DNA from: Clostridiales bacterium
GTDB taxonomy: Bacteria > Bacillota > Clostridia > WRLR01
NCBI GenBank assembly: GCA_031287655.1
Contig: JAITSR010000279.1
Coordinates: 1-26,045, forward strand
Direction of reading: 5' to 3'
Length of the DNA stretch: 26,045 nt
Both the position numbers and the translations under genes were made by a program. The first letter of the stretch is position 1. Each line of letters opens with the position of its first letter. Below, one piece after another: positions 24,637 to 26,045 of the stretch. Under the pieces are notes generated by a model. That model worked only from the letters and a program-made list of their open reading frames with translations. It was not told the DNA's origin and did not search any database.

Positions 24637-26045
24637 TCAAATACTCAACTCGCAAGCGAGAAGCAACCGAGTTGACGGGTTAGGACTATCTGCGGTTATC
24701 ATGTCTGCGCTGCCGACCTCACTGAAACAACCATCTTTCATAACGGCGATTTTGTGGCAAAAAATACGCATAACCCGAATGTCGTGCGAAATCATCAGAA
24801 TTGAAAATCGGAACTGCTCGTGCAGCTGGCGTAACAGTGACAATATTTGCGCTTGCACTTGCATATCAAGCGCGGAAACCGCTTCATCGCAAATCAATAT
24901 GTCCGGCTCAAGAATCAGTGCGCGGGCGATTGCAATGCGCTGGCATTGACCAGTGCTTAGCCTCGGAGGCCGTCGGTTTTGCGCGTTATTGTCAATTCCC
25001 ACTTGATTAAGATAAAAACGAGCCTTTTCACGACGTTCACTCGACAAGCCGATATGTAAGTAGTTCATTGGCTCCTGTACGAGTTGCAACGCTGTATACC
25101 TCGGATTTAGGCTTGCGCGGGCGTCCTGAAATACAATTTGAATATGGCGGCATATCTCGCGCCGAGCCTTACCGTAAAGCATCGAAATATCTTTGCCTCG
25201 AAACAAAATAGTTCCGGAAGTAGGTCTTTCGACACCGGTTAAGCATTTCGCCAATGTGGATTTGCCACACCCGCTTTGTCCGAGGACTCCGACGATTTCA
25301 CGCTCTCGCAACGAAAGGGTTAAGTCCGACAGCACGTTTTGACTTTTTGAATAACATTTCCCCAAGCCTATGATTTCAAGGACAGGCTCACTATTTGACG
25401 GTGGTATGTCAAACGGTTCGTTAATACTTTCCCTTGCTTCAAGCAGTTTGCGTGTGTACGATGTTTGCGGTGCTGACAGAACCTCCCGCGTAACACCGCG
25501 TTCTGCCACAATGCCTTTGTTTAAGACAATCACGCGCTCACTAACCGAATTAGCGACGGCAATATCGTGCGTTATAAACAGCACCGATAACGCAAGTTCG
25601 TTCTGAACATTCTTCAATACGTCAAGCACTTCTTTTTGGCTGACAGAATCAAGAGCAGAGGTAGGTTCGTCCGCAATCAATACGGAGGGCTTTAGGCACA
25701 ATGAGAGAGCGATACACACGCGTTGGCACATTCCCCCGCTTAGTTGAAACGGGTATGACGCTAACACCCGGTCGATGTCTGTAAAATTCAAAAGTCGCAG
25801 CAATTCCGAAGCAAGCGGCGTTATCTCTTGTTCGGACGCGGCTTTATGGAACAGTAATACATCTCGAAAATGTTCGCGTACAGTCATCATCGGATTCAGC
25901 GCAAGTTGAGCGTCCTGAAATATCATAGATAAGACCGTTCCGCGAATCTTGTTCCATTGAATCGCGTGCCGTGACAAATCGGCGTGGAATTGCCCTGCTA
26001 TCTCTATATTCCCTGATATTACTTTTGCTGATGGCGGACGCAAGC
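24637..26045 (-). CDS. Double-domain (fused) peptide/nickel-type ABC ATP-binding protein, N-terminus outside window
   Basis: First domain LSGGMCQR, ADEPTSALD, THD; second domain GQSGCGKST, LSTGQCQR, CDEAVSALD, SHD; first Walker A lies beyond the edge. Confidence 0.9.
   Translation of the reverse strand, partial: LRPPSAKVISGNIEIAGQFHADLSRHAIQWNKIRGTVLSMIFQDAQLALNPMMTVREHFRDVLLFHKAASEQEITPLASELLRLLNFTDIDRVLASYPFQLSGGMCQRVCIALSLCLKPSVLIADEPTSALDSVSQKEVLDVLKNVQNELALSVLFITHDIAVANSVSERVIVLNKGIVAERGVTREVLSAPQTSYTRKLLEARESINEPFDIPPSNSEPVLEIIGLGKCYSKSQNVLSDLTLSLREREIVGVLGQSGCGKSTLAKCLTGVERPTSGTILFRGKDISMLYGKARREICRHIQIVFQDARASLNPRYTALQLVQEPMNYLHIGLSSERREKARFYLNQVGIDNNAQNRRPPRLSTGQCQRIAIARALILEPDILICDEAVSALDMQVQAQILSLLRQLHEQFRFSILMISHDIRVMRIFCHKIAVMKDGCFSEVGSADMITADSPNPSTRLLLACELSI

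Larger units (their letters stand above)
21208..26045. mobile_element. Low-GC genomic island (right end outside window)
   Basis: Hand counts: 40/60 GC at 21061-21120 versus 25/60 at 21241-21300 and 12/60 at 21661-21720; carries R-M genes and a probable relaxase fragment. No integrase or att site visible. Confidence 0.65.

Overview
Window from a high-GC (roughly 60-65% by hand count in core genes) Clostridia-like Firmicute chromosome (taxonomy inferred from spoVG-glmU-prs-pth synteny and protein style). Left to right: a hicAB toxin-antitoxin pair (hicB cut by the window edge); a five-gene minus-strand signalling cassette (DRTGG, RsbT/RsbW-like kinase, group-D-like [FeFe]-hydrogenase, DRTGG, PHP phosphoesterase); a translationally coupled DUF3791-DUF3990-DUF3791-like triad whose middle protein has ADP-ribosyltransferase-like motifs; a minus-strand catabolic/uptake cluster (URO-D-family enzyme, family-5 ABC binding lipoprotein, ATC-hydrolase-like protein, two permeases, two ATPases, M20 amidohydrolase); an SRAP/YedK gene broken by one in-frame TAG; spoVG, glmU, prs, pth, murC; then an abrupt drop in GC into an island with a beta-class DNA methyltransferase plus NotI-family endonuclease, a probable relaxase remnant, an SbnA-like PLP enzyme and a double-domain ABC ATPase (cut by the right edge). 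Intergenic DNA is unusually structured: a dispersed 36-bp inverted repeat (GAGYGTATTCG-N14-CGAATACACTC, three full copies plus half-sites) and two REP/MITE-like hairpin cassettes flanked by 11-12 bp direct repeats. No rRNA, tRNA or CRISPR array was seen. All family calls are from motif recognition by eye; no searches were run.
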